Shown here one piece after another: positions 41,420-51,575 of a stretch of 64,000 nt of DNA. The translations under genes and the position numbers were made by a program. Origin of the DNA: Flavobacteriales bacterium (GTDB lineage Bacteria > Bacteroidota > Bacteroidia > Flavobacteriales_F > PHOS-HE28); contig CP129489.1 of NCBI GenBank assembly GCA_030584065.1, positions 1,777,497 through 1,841,496 on the forward strand, given 5' to 3'. Numbering within the stretch: position 1 is the stretch's first letter; each line of letters opens with the position of its first letter. Below the pieces are notes generated by a model that worked only from the letters and a program-made list of their open reading frames with translations, was not told the DNA's origin and did no database searches.

Positions 41420-41787
41420 AGCTTCATTGGGCCATGCCGACGCAGGTGCGGCCATACTACGGAGCAGAGTTGCGCAAGAGCGAAGAGGCTCGCACGCTCG
41501 GCGATCTGCAACTCGAATGGCACCATCTCGAGCGGGCCCATATTCTCGGCCAGCGTTGGCCCTTGGAGCACAACGCGGTGCATTGGCGCATGCTGAAGTT
41601 CGGGTTCCGTACCAAGAACATGCGCGAGATCATCGGACAGTTGCCGCGTCTGGTCTTCGGTGGGGTGAAGAGCTTCGCGGGCACGGTGCCGATCGGGAAT
41701 ACGGGCGGAGCGAATGTGCCGGCGCTGAAGCCGCTGGCGTTACCAGACGACCTAGCAGCGATACTCAATGACACCTTTGCCGTGTGA
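41416..41787 (+). CDS. DUF3703 domain protein (common next to heavy-metal efflux genes)
   Basis: MKLHWAMPTQ...LGDLQLEWHHLERAHILGQ...; 4-nt overlap with the preceding gene. Confidence 0.6.
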   Translation: MKLHWAMPTQVRPYYGAELRKSEEARTLGDLQLEWHHLERAHILGQRWPLEHNAVHWRMLKFGFRTKNMREIIGQLPRLVFGGVKSFAGTVPIGNTGGANVPALKPLALPDDLAAILNDTFAV

Positions 41788-41842
41788 TCGATAGTGCGAT
41801 CACCGTGTCCGAGAGTGAATGGAGTATCGTGCCCTTCGCGGG

Positions 41843-42312
41843 TCACATATTCCGCCGATACTGCCCCCCCACCTCAAACATTGCAGCAGTTAACTGACCC
41901 AGGCTGCAATACTTGGTCGCTTCCATCAAGACCGCAAACATGTTCTCGTTCTTGATCGCAGCCTCTTGAAGCTTCCGAGTGCGGCTTTCCCTTCAGCCTC
42001 ATAAGCCTTCTGCACGTTCTCCACGGTGCGGATCTGCGCTTCCTTCTCCTCTTCCGTAGCACGGATCACTTCCTTCGGGAGAACGGTCGGCGATCCTTTG
42101 CTCGACAAGAACGTGTTCACCCCAATGATCGGATACTCACCCGTGTGCTTCAGGGTCTCGTAGTACAAGCTCTCTTCCTGGATCCTTGAGCGCTGGTACA
42201 TGGTCTCCATGGCGCCCAGCACGCCGCCGCGCTCGGTGATGCGGTCGAACTCGCTGAGCACGGCCTCTTCCACCAGGTCGGTGAGCTCCTCGATGATGAA
42301 GCTGCCCTCGCG
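41843..42312 (-). pseudogene. icmF 3' copy B (~470 bp, frameshifted)
   Basis: Track ORFs 41926..42273 and 41874..42062 give ...[93 protein letters not shown]..., then the frame is lost. Confidence 0.8.
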
Positions 42313-42328
42313 CGTTCCCTTGCTTTGA

Positions 42329-43249
42329 TCACACTACGATGTACCGCTCTTGCAAATACGTTAGCCACTTATCGAAATCGGGTGATGGCGAATGCTCCTG
42401 GCAGATATCAAGAAATCGTTCATAAGTAAGCGTCATGAACCTGCCGTCCGGTGCGGCTAGGAAGGACTTGTAGCCTGTGCAAGCGTCGTCCATGTGCTTA
42501 TTGCCTTTCGGGAACAAGGTGAGCGAGGTAGCGTGGGCAAATCGCTCAGGATGCTTGAGCAGAATGCTCTCCGCGAGTAGGTGGTTCCGCCAGATCTGCC
42601 GGTAATCGTCTGTGATCACCTGTGTTTCGCATCCCGGCTTGAATATCCCACAGGCAGCCATGACCTTGAAGTAAATAGAGGCTCGGTCATTCACAGTTCG
42701 CTCTTCCGTGGAGCCATGCTTCAATTTGTAGGCGCGTTCGGTGTACTTCACCTCAATCCCGATAAGCCCCCGCCGACCTTCCTTATCAGTGCTTTCGGTA
42801 TATGCATCGAAAGATGTACCATCATTCAAATACTCTGAACGTGGCGACGGCGCAAACTCGATGCGAATCGGATCGACAGTGCTCAAGGGTTCTCCAAGCA
42901 AGTCTGAGAAAACCTGCAGGCGATACTTATCGTCCAAGTTCAGGGGCCAGAGCATGTTCAACGGAATGTGCTCGCTCCGAAGCATGTTCCCATAGACCTT
43001 CTCGCTCGTTATCGGATAACGCTTCCTAGCGGCTTCCAAGATGCCTAACTCGGGATAGAAGTTGCATCCTGCATCCGCGTCGCATGGCGTTAGGAAGTTG
43101 CCGTAGTTCTTCGTCTTACTCCATCCGTGTGGCAATTTCAACCGCTCTGCACGGAATCTTGATTGATGAAGGCGCGCCTTCTTCAGGAATTCGGACTTAT
43201 CGAGTCCGTCATCCCCGCTGTATTGTGGTCCGATACCGTAACTCATCAC
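42329..43249 (-). CDS. hypothetical PD-(D/E)XK-like nuclease-fold protein (cargo of the cassette nearest icmF)
   Basis: ...[29 protein letters not shown]... (D...E-x-K). AT-richer than the flanks. Its start overlaps the icmF stop. Confidence 0.4.
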   Translation of the reverse strand: MMSYGIGPQYSGDDGLDKSEFLKKARLHQSRFRAERLKLPHGWSKTKNYGNFLTPCDADAGCNFYPELGILEAARKRYPITSEKVYGNMLRSEHIPLNMLWPLNLDDKYRLQVFSDLLGEPLSTVDPIRIEFAPSPRSEYLNDGTSFDAYTESTDKEGRRGLIGIEVKYTERAYKLKHGSTEERTVNDRASIYFKVMAACGIFKPGCETQVITDDYRQIWRNHLLAESILLKHPERFAHATSLTLFPKGNKHMDDACTGYKSFLAAPDGRFMTLTYERFLDICQEHSPSPDFDKWLTYLQERYIVV

Positions 43250-46200
43250 ATATTCCTTCTGTACTGTCCGCCGACTTCGAACATGGCCGCAGTGAGTTGA
43301 CCGAGACTACAGTACTTGGTGGCTTCCATCAACACTTCGAACATGTTCTCATTCTTGATCGCAGCTTGCTGGAGGTCTTTGATGGCTTTGGCCGCCTCAT
43401 CCGCATAAGCAGTTCGGAGATTCTCGACGGTCGCTATCTGGGCTTCTTTCTCCTCTTCCGTAGCTCTGATGACCTCTTTCGGCAAGATCGTCGGTGATCC
43501 TTTGCTCGACAGGAAGGTATTCACCCCGATGATGGGATACTCACCCGTGTGCTTCAAGGTCTCGTAGTACAAGCTTTCCTCCTGGATGCGGCTGCGCTGG
43601 TACATCGTTTCCATCGCACCCAAGACCCCACCACGTTCCGTGATCCGATCGAACTCCGTCAACACCGCTTCCTCGACGAGATCCGTCAATTCTTCGATGA
43701 TGAAGCTGCCCTGCAACGGGTTCTCGTTCTTGGCCAGGCCGAGCTCGCGGTTGATGATGAGCTGGATGGCCATGGCGCGGCGCACGCTTTCCTCGGTGGG
43801 CGTGGTGATGGCCTCGTCGTAGGCGTTGGTGTGCAGGCTGTTGCAGTTGTCGTAGATGGCGTACAGCGCCTGCAACGTGGTGCGGATGTCGTTGAAGTCG
43901 ATCTCCTGCGCGTGCAGGCTGCGGCCGCTGGTCTGGATGTGGTACTTGAGCATCTGGCTGCGCTCGTCGGCGCCGTAGCGGTGCTTGAGCGCCTTGGCCC
44001 AGAGGCGACGCGCCACGCGGCCCATCACGGCGTACTCGGGGTCCATCCCGTTGCTGAAGAAGAAGCTCAGGTTGGGCGCGAAGGCGTTGATGTCCATGCC
44101 CCGGCTGAGGTAGTACTCCACGTAGGTGAAGCCGTTGGCCAGCGTGAACGCGAGCTGCGAAATGGGGTTGGCGCCGGCCTCCGCGATGTGGTAGCCGCTG
44201 ATGCTGACGCTGTAGAAGTTGCGGACCTTTTGGTCGATGAAGTACTGCTGAACGTCGCCCATCAAACGCAGCGCGAACTCGGTGCTGAAGATGCAGGTGT
44301 TCTGCGCCTGGTCCTCTTTGAGGATGTCGGCCTGCACGGTGCCGCGGACGCTCTGCAGGGTCTCCGCCTTGATCTTCTCGTAGACGTCTTTCGGGAGGAC
44401 TTGGTCGCCGGTGATGCCGAGCAACAACAATCCTAGGCCATCATTGCCCGCAGGTATTTCTCCGTGGTAGCGCGGTCGAGGTGAATGGTGAATGGGAGTT
44501 GGTGAATGGGAAGAGCCCTTCCCTCCATTCGCCATTGACCATTCGCCATTCGCCTTCTCCAACTTCTCCCAGCGCTCCTTGATCTTCTTCTCCACCTCGG
44601 CCTCCAACCCGTGCTCACGGATGTACTTCTCACAGTTCTGGTCGATCGCGGCGTTCATGAAGAAGCCGAGGAGCATGGGCGCGGGACCGTTGATGGTCAT
44701 GCTCACGCTGGTGTTGGGCGCGGTGAGGTCGAAGCCGCTGTAGAGCTTCTTGGCATCGTCCAGGCAGCAGATGCTCACACCGCTGTTGCCCACCTTGCCG
44801 TAGATGTCGGGCCTGCGACCGGGATCGTGGCCGTAGAGCGTCACGCTGTCGAACGCGGTGCTGAGGCGCTTGGCGGGCATGCCCTGGCTCACGTAGTGGA
44901 AGCGCTTGTTGGTGCGCTCCGGACCGCCCTCGCCGGCGAACATGCGCGCGGGGTCCTCGCCCTGGCGCTTGAAGGGATAGATGCCCGCGGTGTAGGGGTA
45001 CGACCCCGGGGTGTTCTCCTGCATGGCCCAGCGCACCTTGTCGCCCCAGCTGCGGAACTTGGGCAGCGCCACCTTCGGGATCTTCAGGTGACTGAGGCTC
45101 TCGGTGTGGTTGGGCACCTTGATCTCCTTGCCGCGGACGGAGTAGGTGTAGAATTCACCGGAGTATTTCTCCTCCTCCTTCTTCCAGTTCTGGAGCATGG
45201 ACCAGAGGTGGGGGTCGAGGTCTTTGCGGATGTCCTCGAACTTCTTCACCAGCTCAGTAACGAGTGGTGAGTGGCGAGTGGCGAGTGTGCCGTCGGAGGC
45301 AGCACTCGCCACTCGCGACTCGTCACTCACCACTCCGTGAAGGACGTCAGGCCCGCCGAGCGTGAGGATCGATGAGTACAGACCATAGAGTTGGTCCGCA
45401 ATACGTGCCTGTTTCGTCACCCGATCATCATACCTCCGGTTGTTCTCGCTGATCTCGCTGAGGTAGCGGCTCTTGGCGGGGGGAATGATCCACACCTTCT
45501 CGCTCATCTCGTCCATCCCGTGGAAGGTGCTCTTGAAGTCCACGCCGGTCTTCTCGGCGATCTTGGTCATCAAGCGGGCGTAGAGCGTGTTGGTGCCGGG
45601 ATCGTTGAACTGGCTGGCGATGGTGCCCACCACGGGGAGCGTGTCATCGTCGGCGTCCCACAGCTGGTGGTTGCGCTTATACTGCTTCTTCACGTCGCGC
45701 AGGGCATCGAGGGCGCCGCGCTTGTCGAACTTGTTGATGGCCACCACGTCGGCGAAGTCGAGCATGTCGATCTTCTCCAGCTGCGTGGCCGCGCCGAACT
45801 CCGGCGTCATGATGTAGAGGCTCACATCGCTGTGGTCCAGGATCTCGGTATCGCTCTGGCCGATGCCGCTCGTCTCCAGGATGATCAGGTCGAAGCCCGC
45901 GGCCTTCAGCACGCTCACGGCCTCCTTCACGTGCTTGCTGAGGGCCAGGTTGCTCTGGCGCGTGGCGAGGCTGCGCATGTATACACGCTCGCCGCGGATG
46001 CTGTTCATGCGGATGCGGTCGCCCAGCAGCGCGCCGCCGGTCTTGCGCTTGCTCGGGTCCACGCTGATCACGCCGATGGTCTTGCCTTGGTCCGGGCTTG
46101 ACCCGGACTGGTCCAGGATGAAGCGGCGGATGAGCTCGTCCACCATGGACGATTTACCCGCGCCGCCCGTACCCGTGATGCCCAGCACGGGAGCCTTGTT

Positions 46201-46803
46201 CGCCTCGGCCTGCTTGTGGATCTCGTCGGCGATCTTGGCGAACACCTCGGGATGGTTCTCGGCCGTGCTGATCAACTTGGCGATGGCCGGCCAGTTCTGC
46301 GGCGTCAGCTTCTTCGCCTCGCCGTTCACCTTATCGCTCAGGTCGAAGTCGGCCTTCTCCAGCATGTCGTTGATCATGCCCTGCAGGCCCATCGCGCGAC
46401 CGTCATCCGGATGGTACAGGCGCGTGATGCCGTACGCGTGCAGCTCCTCGATCTCGCTGGGCAGGATCGTCCCGCCGCCACCGCCGAAGATCTTGATGTG
46501 CCCCGCGCCCTTCTCCTTCAGCAGGTCGAACATGTACTTGAAGTACTCCACGTGCCCGCCCTGGTAGCTGGTCATGGCAATGGCGTGGGCATCCTCCTGG
46601 ATCGCGGTGTTCACCACGTCCTCCACGCTGCGGTCGTGCCCCAGGTGGATCACCTCGGCGCCGGTGCTCTGGATGATCCGCCGCATGATGTTGATGGCGG
46701 CATCGTGGCCGTCGAACAACGAGGCGGCGGTGACCACGCGGATCTTGTTCTTGGGCTGGTAGGGAGGAGCTTGCACGAACGTTGACATGTACGGAGGCCG
46801 CAA
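43246..46803 (-). CDS. icmF: fused isobutyryl-CoA mutase (B12-binding domain, MeaB-like G-protein, mutase barrel), with two in-frame palindromic insertions
   Basis: [11 protein letters not shown]12 DxHxxG; [13 protein letters not shown]-loop; methylmalonyl-CoA-mutase-like C-terminal half ending ...[11 protein letters not shown]. 1185 aa against ~1090 typical. Confidence 0.9.
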   Translation of the reverse strand: MRPPYMSTFVQAPPYQPKNKIRVVTAASLFDGHDAAINIMRRIIQSTGAEVIHLGHDRSVEDVVNTAIQEDAHAIAMTSYQGGHVEYFKYMFDLLKEKGAGHIKIFGGGGGTILPSEIEELHAYGITRLYHPDDGRAMGLQGMINDMLEKADFDLSDKVNGEAKKLTPQNWPAIAKLISTAENHPEVFAKIADEIHKQAEANKAPVLGITGTGGAGKSSMVDELIRRFILDQSGSSPDQGKTIGVISVDPSKRKTGGALLGDRIRMNSIRGERVYMRSLATRQSNLALSKHVKEAVSVLKAAGFDLIILETSGIGQSDTEILDHSDVSLYIMTPEFGAATQLEKIDMLDFADVVAINKFDKRGALDALRDVKKQYKRNHQLWDADDDTLPVVGTIASQFNDPGTNTLYARLMTKIAEKTGVDFKSTFHGMDEMSEKVWIIPPAKSRYLSEISENNRRYDDRVTKQARIADQLYGLYSSILTLGGPDVLHGVVSDESRVASAASDGTLATRHSPLVTELVKKFEDIRKDLDPHLWSMLQNWKKEEEKYSGEFYTYSVRGKEIKVPNHTESLSHLKIPKVALPKFRSWGDKVRWAMQENTPGSYPYTAGIYPFKRQGEDPARMFAGEGGPERTNKRFHYVSQGMPAKRLSTAFDSVTLYGHDPGRRPDIYGKVGNSGVSICCLDDAKKLYSGFDLTAPNTSVSMTINGPAPMLLGFFMNAAIDQNCEKYIREHGLEAEVEKKIKERWEKLEKANGEWSMANGGKGSSHSPTPIHHSPRPRYHGEIPAGNDGLGLLLLGITGDQVLPKDVYEKIKAETLQSVRGTVQADILKEDQAQNTCIFSTEFALRLMGDVQQYFIDQKVRNFYSVSISGYHIAEAGANPISQLAFTLANGFTYVEYYLSRGMDINAFAPNLSFFFSNGMDPEYAVMGRVARRLWAKALKHRYGADERSQMLKYHIQTSGRSLHAQEIDFNDIRTTLQALYAIYDNCNSLHTNAYDEAITTPTEESVRRAMAIQLIINRELGLAKNENPLQGSFIIEELTDLVEEAVLTEFDRITERGGVLGAMETMYQRSRIQEESLYYETLKHTGEYPIIGVNTFLSSKGSPTILPKEVIRATEEEKEAQIATVENLRTAYADEAAKAIKDLQQAAIKNENMFEVLMEATKYCSLGQLTAAMFEVGGQYRRNM
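44479..44551. repeat. in-frame palindromic insertion 1 in icmF (arms of GAATGG-type short repeats around GGGAAGAGCCCTTCCC)
   Basis: ggtgaatggtgaatgggagttggtgaatgggaagagcccttccctccattcgccattgaccattcgccattcgcc; encodes the odd segment ...[26 protein letters not shown]... Confidence 0.6.
45262..45334. repeat. in-frame palindromic insertion 2 in icmF (arms of GAGTGGC-type short repeats)
   Basis: gagtggtgagtggcgagtggcgagtgtgccgtcggaggcagcactcgccactcgcgactcgtcactcaccactc; encodes ...[24 protein letters not shown]... Confidence 0.6.
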
Positions 46804-47052
46804 GTGAGGTACGCGGCTTGCCGCGAAGGTACCGGTCCAAGTTCGATCGGTAAACGTTTGGGCGTGCCCCTTCCCCCGGATGCCACTCCGGGGCTCAGGG
46901 TCCGGCTCTTCGCTGTACTCCTCCCCCTCGCCCCCCTCGAATCCGCTCCGCTGCGCTCTGGGCCCCCGGGTGCGGGGTGCCGCTGCGATCCGTCACGCGG
47001 ATCCCCGGACTACAAAGCGCTTCGGTACATTAGCCACACTACCAATGACAAG

Positions 47053-47254
47053 AAACATGGCAATAGCGATCAGCGGCGCGGTCATCGTAGAAAACGGCAG
47101 CCGTATAAAGTACCGGCAGAAGTGCGATAAGTGCGGCCATTCCCCTAGTACGGTCATCGCTATTGGAGCACCCACGGGTGCCAACAAGCTCACGACATCA
47201 TTCAAATGCCCCAAGTGTGGAAACCAGCAGCGCTTTGAGATCGCCGGTCGTTGA
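47053..47254 (+). CDS. small zinc-ribbon protein (two CxxC pairs)
   Basis: MTRNMAIAISGAVIVENGSRIKYRQKCDKCGH...FKCPKCGNQQRFEIAGR*; AT-rich insert. Confidence 0.45.
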
Positions 47255-47287
47255 ACCGCAAGCCAGGACCTATTCCGCTTGGCTCGA

Positions 47288-47945
47288 AGTGGAGATAGGT
47301 CTTGATACCAGTTCGATAGCGCTATCATGGCGACAGCGGAAGCAACTATTCGAGGACAGGATCGAGGCCTGCCTTCAAGGGCTAGAGCGCGCCACCCCAG
47401 GAATCCGGGCCAAGCTTGAAGTGCATCCTGCCCGGCCATTCGCTTTCACGGGCGCGCTCAGCGTAGAGGATATCCGTGCGATATGGCACCTGCCTGAGCT
47501 GCGCATGCTTTCCGACCGCGATGCTCAAGAGCTACCTGTGCCCGATGATGCTGGTCGCCTGCCCTACGCCGTGGAGGTGCTCCAGCATGTCCAAGCGGAA
47601 GAGAGCACGGTCGTCGATCAAGAGCGCATGGTCGTGATCGTCCACGCGACCGATGAGGATGAGGCTAAGCGCATCGCGCTGGCTGAATGCAGCACCATGC
47701 CCGCACACTTCATGGGTGGTGACTACCGCATCCACCGCCGCTGGTGGACCGCTGAGCGCGCCATCCTCAACACCCTCTACGACGAGCGCACGCGTCACGG
47801 AGAAGCGATCGTCGTTGATCAGTGGAGCCAATCGAAGCTGAAAGACCAACTGAATTGGCGGCCAGATGCCAGCGTTGAACACGTGGCGTATGGAAGCCCG
47901 AAACAACGGCCGAGTACATGGGAATGGATGATCGCAGCGCCTTGA
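47288..47945 (+). CDS. hypothetical protein (start uncertain; GTG at 47288, or fused further upstream)
   Basis: No ATG before codon ~118 of the track ORF 47163..47945; unknown function. Confidence 0.3.
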
Positions 47946-48739
47946 TCGAAGCACTCAGATTCAGCTATGAATCTGAGTATTGCCGTAGCGGTGCACCAGA
48001 TTGGGCTTTCCAAGGTGTCGCACCAGCGATTCCATACATCGGTGAGCGCTTCCTTGAATCTCCTATAAAGGCATTGATCTATGCCAGTGCGGAGAATCTC
48101 GCCAGTGACACTGGGCATCTAGAAGGACTTCGTACGCAAGATGTGAGGCAGCAAATGGTACGCTCATATGGACTGAAGCCACGGGCGAATCAAGACCAGA
48201 ACGTGCATATCGAGCCCATCAACAATGGTGCGCTGCTCAAGGTGGCTCGCCATATTCTGTCCTACCACCCGAGCGATGAAGCGCTCTTAAAGCATTCATC
48301 GAAGTTTTTTCTTGAACAAGTAGCGGTCGCTAATCCAGGCAAGTTCAGCATCGACCCATCGAAGCACAAACAGAAGGTTAACCTGGACTACGCAAGGGAC
48401 TGGAAGAAATTCAAGGACCAGATCGCCTACGTTCAGGCAGACTTGGAGCACCTAACACCTCATTGGCTGATCCTTCCAGCAACTATCCATCGCTCACTCG
48501 TTCGAGCCGGGCTGAAGTCTGCTCTTGAACGCATTCCAACCATCGTATCCATCCAACAAGTTCAACAACGAGCTATCGTCCGGAAGCATGGGAATAGAGT
48601 TCCCAAAGACGACACCATAGAGTTGCCCGGTGGGTACGGAGACTGGAAGGCCCCTCACTATTCCAACACATACATCCGTTGGATGATTGAGAATGCTGGC
48701 AGATTCGCCATGCAAGAGAAAGGCCGAATAACTCTATAG
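47918..48739 (+). CDS. hypothetical protein
   Basis: 273-aa ORF in an AT-rich (~50% GC) insert; no motif recognised. Confidence 0.4.
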   Translation: MGMDDRSALIEALRFSYESEYCRSGAPDWAFQGVAPAIPYIGERFLESPIKALIYASAENLASDTGHLEGLRTQDVRQQMVRSYGLKPRANQDQNVHIEPINNGALLKVARHILSYHPSDEALLKHSSKFFLEQVAVANPGKFSIDPSKHKQKVNLDYARDWKKFKDQIAYVQADLEHLTPHWLILPATIHRSLVRAGLKSALERIPTIVSIQQVQQRAIVRKHGNRVPKDDTIELPGGYGDWKAPHYSNTYIRWMIENAGRFAMQEKGRITL

Positions 48740-48757
48740 CGCAATGTTAACTACATC

Positions 48758-48985
48758 CTCCACGCCGCGGTCGTGCCCCAGAGCCTGCCCCGGCCTTGAG
48801 CCGGGGTGGATCACCTCGGCGCCGGTGCTCTGGATGATCCGCCGCATGATGTTGATGGCGGCATCGTGGCCATCGAACAACGAGGCGGCAGTGACGACAC
48901 GGATCTTGTGTTTCGGGACGTAGGGCGGGGCTTGGACGAAGGTGGACATGCGTGAACGCCGGAGGACTGATCGCGGCTTGCCGCG
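48758..48985 (-). repeat. copy of the icmF 5' end (promoter-proximal ~25 bp plus codons 1-~64) carrying a 25-bp hairpin insert
   Basis: Encodes [48 protein letters not shown].... Upstream 'cgcggcttgccgcgaaggtaccggt' is identical to 46826-46850. Confidence 0.8.
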
Positions 48986-49055
48986 AAGGTACCGGTGGAA
49001 CACCGTTCCTCAAATCATCAGTAGAAGGCCACGGGAGTAGGCGTAGGTTAGTCAT

Positions 49056-49946
49056 ATGCAAGTACGCAACGCCCTCCTCTCCGGTTTCCTGCCTGCCACT
49101 CTTTCTGCGCAGAACTGGTGCGCACCCGGTGCGACTTGGAATTACGCCACGCAAGCCTCTTGGGGCGAGGGATGCTATGAGCACTTGTACGTCGGCGCCA
49201 CGTTGCTAGGTGGGGTTATCGGTCAGAACATCTTCACAGCATCGAACTTCTACTACGTGGACCTTGGGGCCGTGGTGTATGAGCCCCCTCATTACTACAT
49301 CACTACGCGATGGCAGGACGATATCGCATGGTGGTGGGTGCCGGACCTCATGGACTGGGACACCTTGTACAATTTCGGCGCGGTACCAGGGGACAAATGG
49401 CTCCCTCCGAACTTCGTGGGCCTGTGCCCGCCCTACGAGTGGATCGAGGTTGTCGATACCGGATCCGTCCTCGTCTCGGGTGTCTCGCTGCACTACCTCG
49501 ACATCATGCAGGCCGGTACGGAGGACACCGTGTACAGCCGCATCACCGAACGGTTCGGCTGGGAGTGGGAGATCAACATTTGGCCACCGTGCGTGGGCCC
49601 ACCCGAGATCATCTCGGGCCTGATCTCTTATAGCGACGATGAGATCAGTTGGACGAACCCCGCGTGGACCGAAGGGTGCTTCGGTGTTGTTGGTATCGAG
49701 GAGCAAAGCAGTTCGGGGATCCGCCTCTTCCCCAACCCCGGCAACACCCAATTCACCCTAGACCTCCCAGCCGGCCCGCACACCATCACCCTCTTCGATG
49801 CCACGGGCCGCCTAGTGCTGCAGCAACGCACCACCGACACCCGGCCGGTGGTCGGCACGGAAGTGCTGCCCGCAGGGCTTTACCGCATCAGTGTGAGCGA
49901 TGAATGCGGCATGGTGACGGGCGCGATGTGGGTGAAAGCGGACTAA
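49056..49946 (+). CDS. T9SS C-terminal-domain (type A sorting signal) secreted protein
   Basis: Signal peptide; C-terminal ...LFPNPGNTQFTLDLPAGPHTITLFDATGRLV...GLYRISV...WVK. Confidence 0.75.
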   Translation: MQVRNALLSGFLPATLSAQNWCAPGATWNYATQASWGEGCYEHLYVGATLLGGVIGQNIFTASNFYYVDLGAVVYEPPHYYITTRWQDDIAWWWVPDLMDWDTLYNFGAVPGDKWLPPNFVGLCPPYEWIEVVDTGSVLVSGVSLHYLDIMQAGTEDTVYSRITERFGWEWEINIWPPCVGPPEIISGLISYSDDEISWTNPAWTEGCFGVVGIEEQSSSGIRLFPNPGNTQFTLDLPAGPHTITLFDATGRLVLQQRTTDTRPVVGTEVLPAGLYRISVSDECGMVTGAMWVKAD

Positions 49947-50013
49947 TGGCTGATGGGACTGCACAGGCAGCATTCCATCCAACCACCCCGTCTCCTGCCT
50001 ACATTCGCTCATC

Positions 50014-50898
50014 ATGCGCGCTGCACTCTTCTCCCTGGCCCTACTGCCCGTGCTTGCCGCCGCACAGAGCTGGTGCCCGCCGGGGGCCAGGTGGACCTTC
50101 CGTTACTTGGACCAAGCCTTCGGAGGCGGACAAGGCGTGACCCGTGTGGTCTACGAAGGAGACACGCTGGTCGGTGGTTTCACTGCCCAGAAGCTGCGAG
50201 AGACGGATGTGACCGCTCCGTGGGGCTCGACCAACTACGCATCATCCACGTACTCGGCCCCCATACTGACCAGATCCGCCGATGGCATCGTGTATGTCTG
50301 GGACGGGAGCAATGCCTTCGATACCTTGATGTGGTTCAGCGCCGCGCCCGCTCAGTACTGGGCAAGCCCTGGCTTGGACAACGACCCCTACAACCGGATC
50401 ACCGTCCTCGATACCTCCACCGTCGTGATCGGGGGTACGCCGTTGCGACAACTCATCGTGCAACGCGGTGACTGGGATTGGATGCCTCCTGACACGCTGC
50501 GGGAGCGCATCGGCTTCCACTTCAACTATTTGAACGGATGGTCGTGGTTTCTCACCGACCAGCCTTGGAGCGGGCTCATGTGCTACAGCGATCAGAGTAT
50601 CGACTTTGTGGTACCGGGTATTACGGACTGCGGCTTCACGCTAAGCGTGAACGAGCTTTCATCGGAGGATCACCTCGGGATGTTCCCCAACCCCGGCACC
50701 ACCCACTTCACCCTTGACCTCCCACCCGGCCCGCACACCCTCACCATCTTCGATGCTACAGGCCACATGGTCCTGCAACAGCGCACCTCCGATGCCCGGC
50801 CGGTGATTGCCACGGAAGCGCTGCCCGCCGGGCTGTACCGCATCACCGTGCGCGATGAACAGGGAGCAGTGGCGAGTGCGACGTGGGTGAAGGAATAG
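50014..50898 (+). CDS. T9SS C-terminal-domain secreted protein (paralog of the preceding gene)
   Basis: Same architecture; ...MFPNPGTTHFTLDLPPGPHTLTIFDATGHMV...GLYRITV...WVK. Confidence 0.75.
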   Translation: MRAALFSLALLPVLAAAQSWCPPGARWTFRYLDQAFGGGQGVTRVVYEGDTLVGGFTAQKLRETDVTAPWGSTNYASSTYSAPILTRSADGIVYVWDGSNAFDTLMWFSAAPAQYWASPGLDNDPYNRITVLDTSTVVIGGTPLRQLIVQRGDWDWMPPDTLRERIGFHFNYLNGWSWFLTDQPWSGLMCYSDQSIDFVVPGITDCGFTLSVNELSSEDHLGMFPNPGTTHFTLDLPPGPHTLTIFDATGHMVLQQRTSDARPVIATEALPAGLYRITVRDEQGAVASATWVKE

Positions 50899-50899
50899 G

Positions 50900-51546
50900 C
50901 TAGCCCTTCGCCAGCGCCTTGATGTCCTTCACCTCCACCACGTTCTTCGGATAGCCCTTCTCGACGGCGTGGATCATGGCCAAGCCCACCTGCTTCATGC
51001 TGCAGGTCACCCAGGGCATCACCAGACCGAAGACCGGTACTAGTGCGCGCATCCACCACTTCGGGTTCTTCATGCCGGGGCTCAACGTCATGATGCCCGG
51101 ACGGAAGTTGAACTGCTGCCGGAACCCGAGCCGCGAAAGTTCGTTCTCGGTGCGTCCCTTCACCCGCGCCCACATCAGGCGTCCTTTCTCCGTGCTGTCC
51201 GTGCCGCTGCCGGAAACGTAGATGAAGGTGGCCTGGGGTGAACCCGCGCGCACGGCCTTCGCGAAGGCCATGGTGGTATCGTAGGTGGCGCGCGTGTAGT
51301 CCGCCTCGTTCATGCCCACCGAACTGATGCCCGCGCAGAAGAAGCAGCCATCGTAGCCGATGAACCGGTCCTTCACCGATTCCAACTTGAGGAAATCGGG
51401 CACCAGCAGCTCGGTCAACTTCGCATGGCTGCGACCGCAGCTCCGGCGTCCAACCACGAGCACTTCCTCCACGACGGAGTTCCCGAGGCATTCGAGCAGC
51501 ACCCCTTCACCCACATAACCGGTGGCACCAGTAAGGATGATCTTCA
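50900..51546 (-). CDS. NAD(P)H-binding atypical SDR/NmrA-like protein
   Basis: MKIILTGATGYVGEGVL... Rossmann motif. Start could be 3 codons upstream (MGMKII). Confidence 0.7.
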
Positions 51547-51575
51547 TTCCCATGGGACGAAGGTACCTTTGAGGT

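Noticed and set aside
44479-44551. Short tandem and palindromic repeats (GAATGG, GAGTGGC) considered as a CRISPR array
   Set aside because: Only two or three irregular units, arranged as inverted repeats and not as direct repeats with unique spacers. They sit inside a coding sequence, and there are no cas genes.
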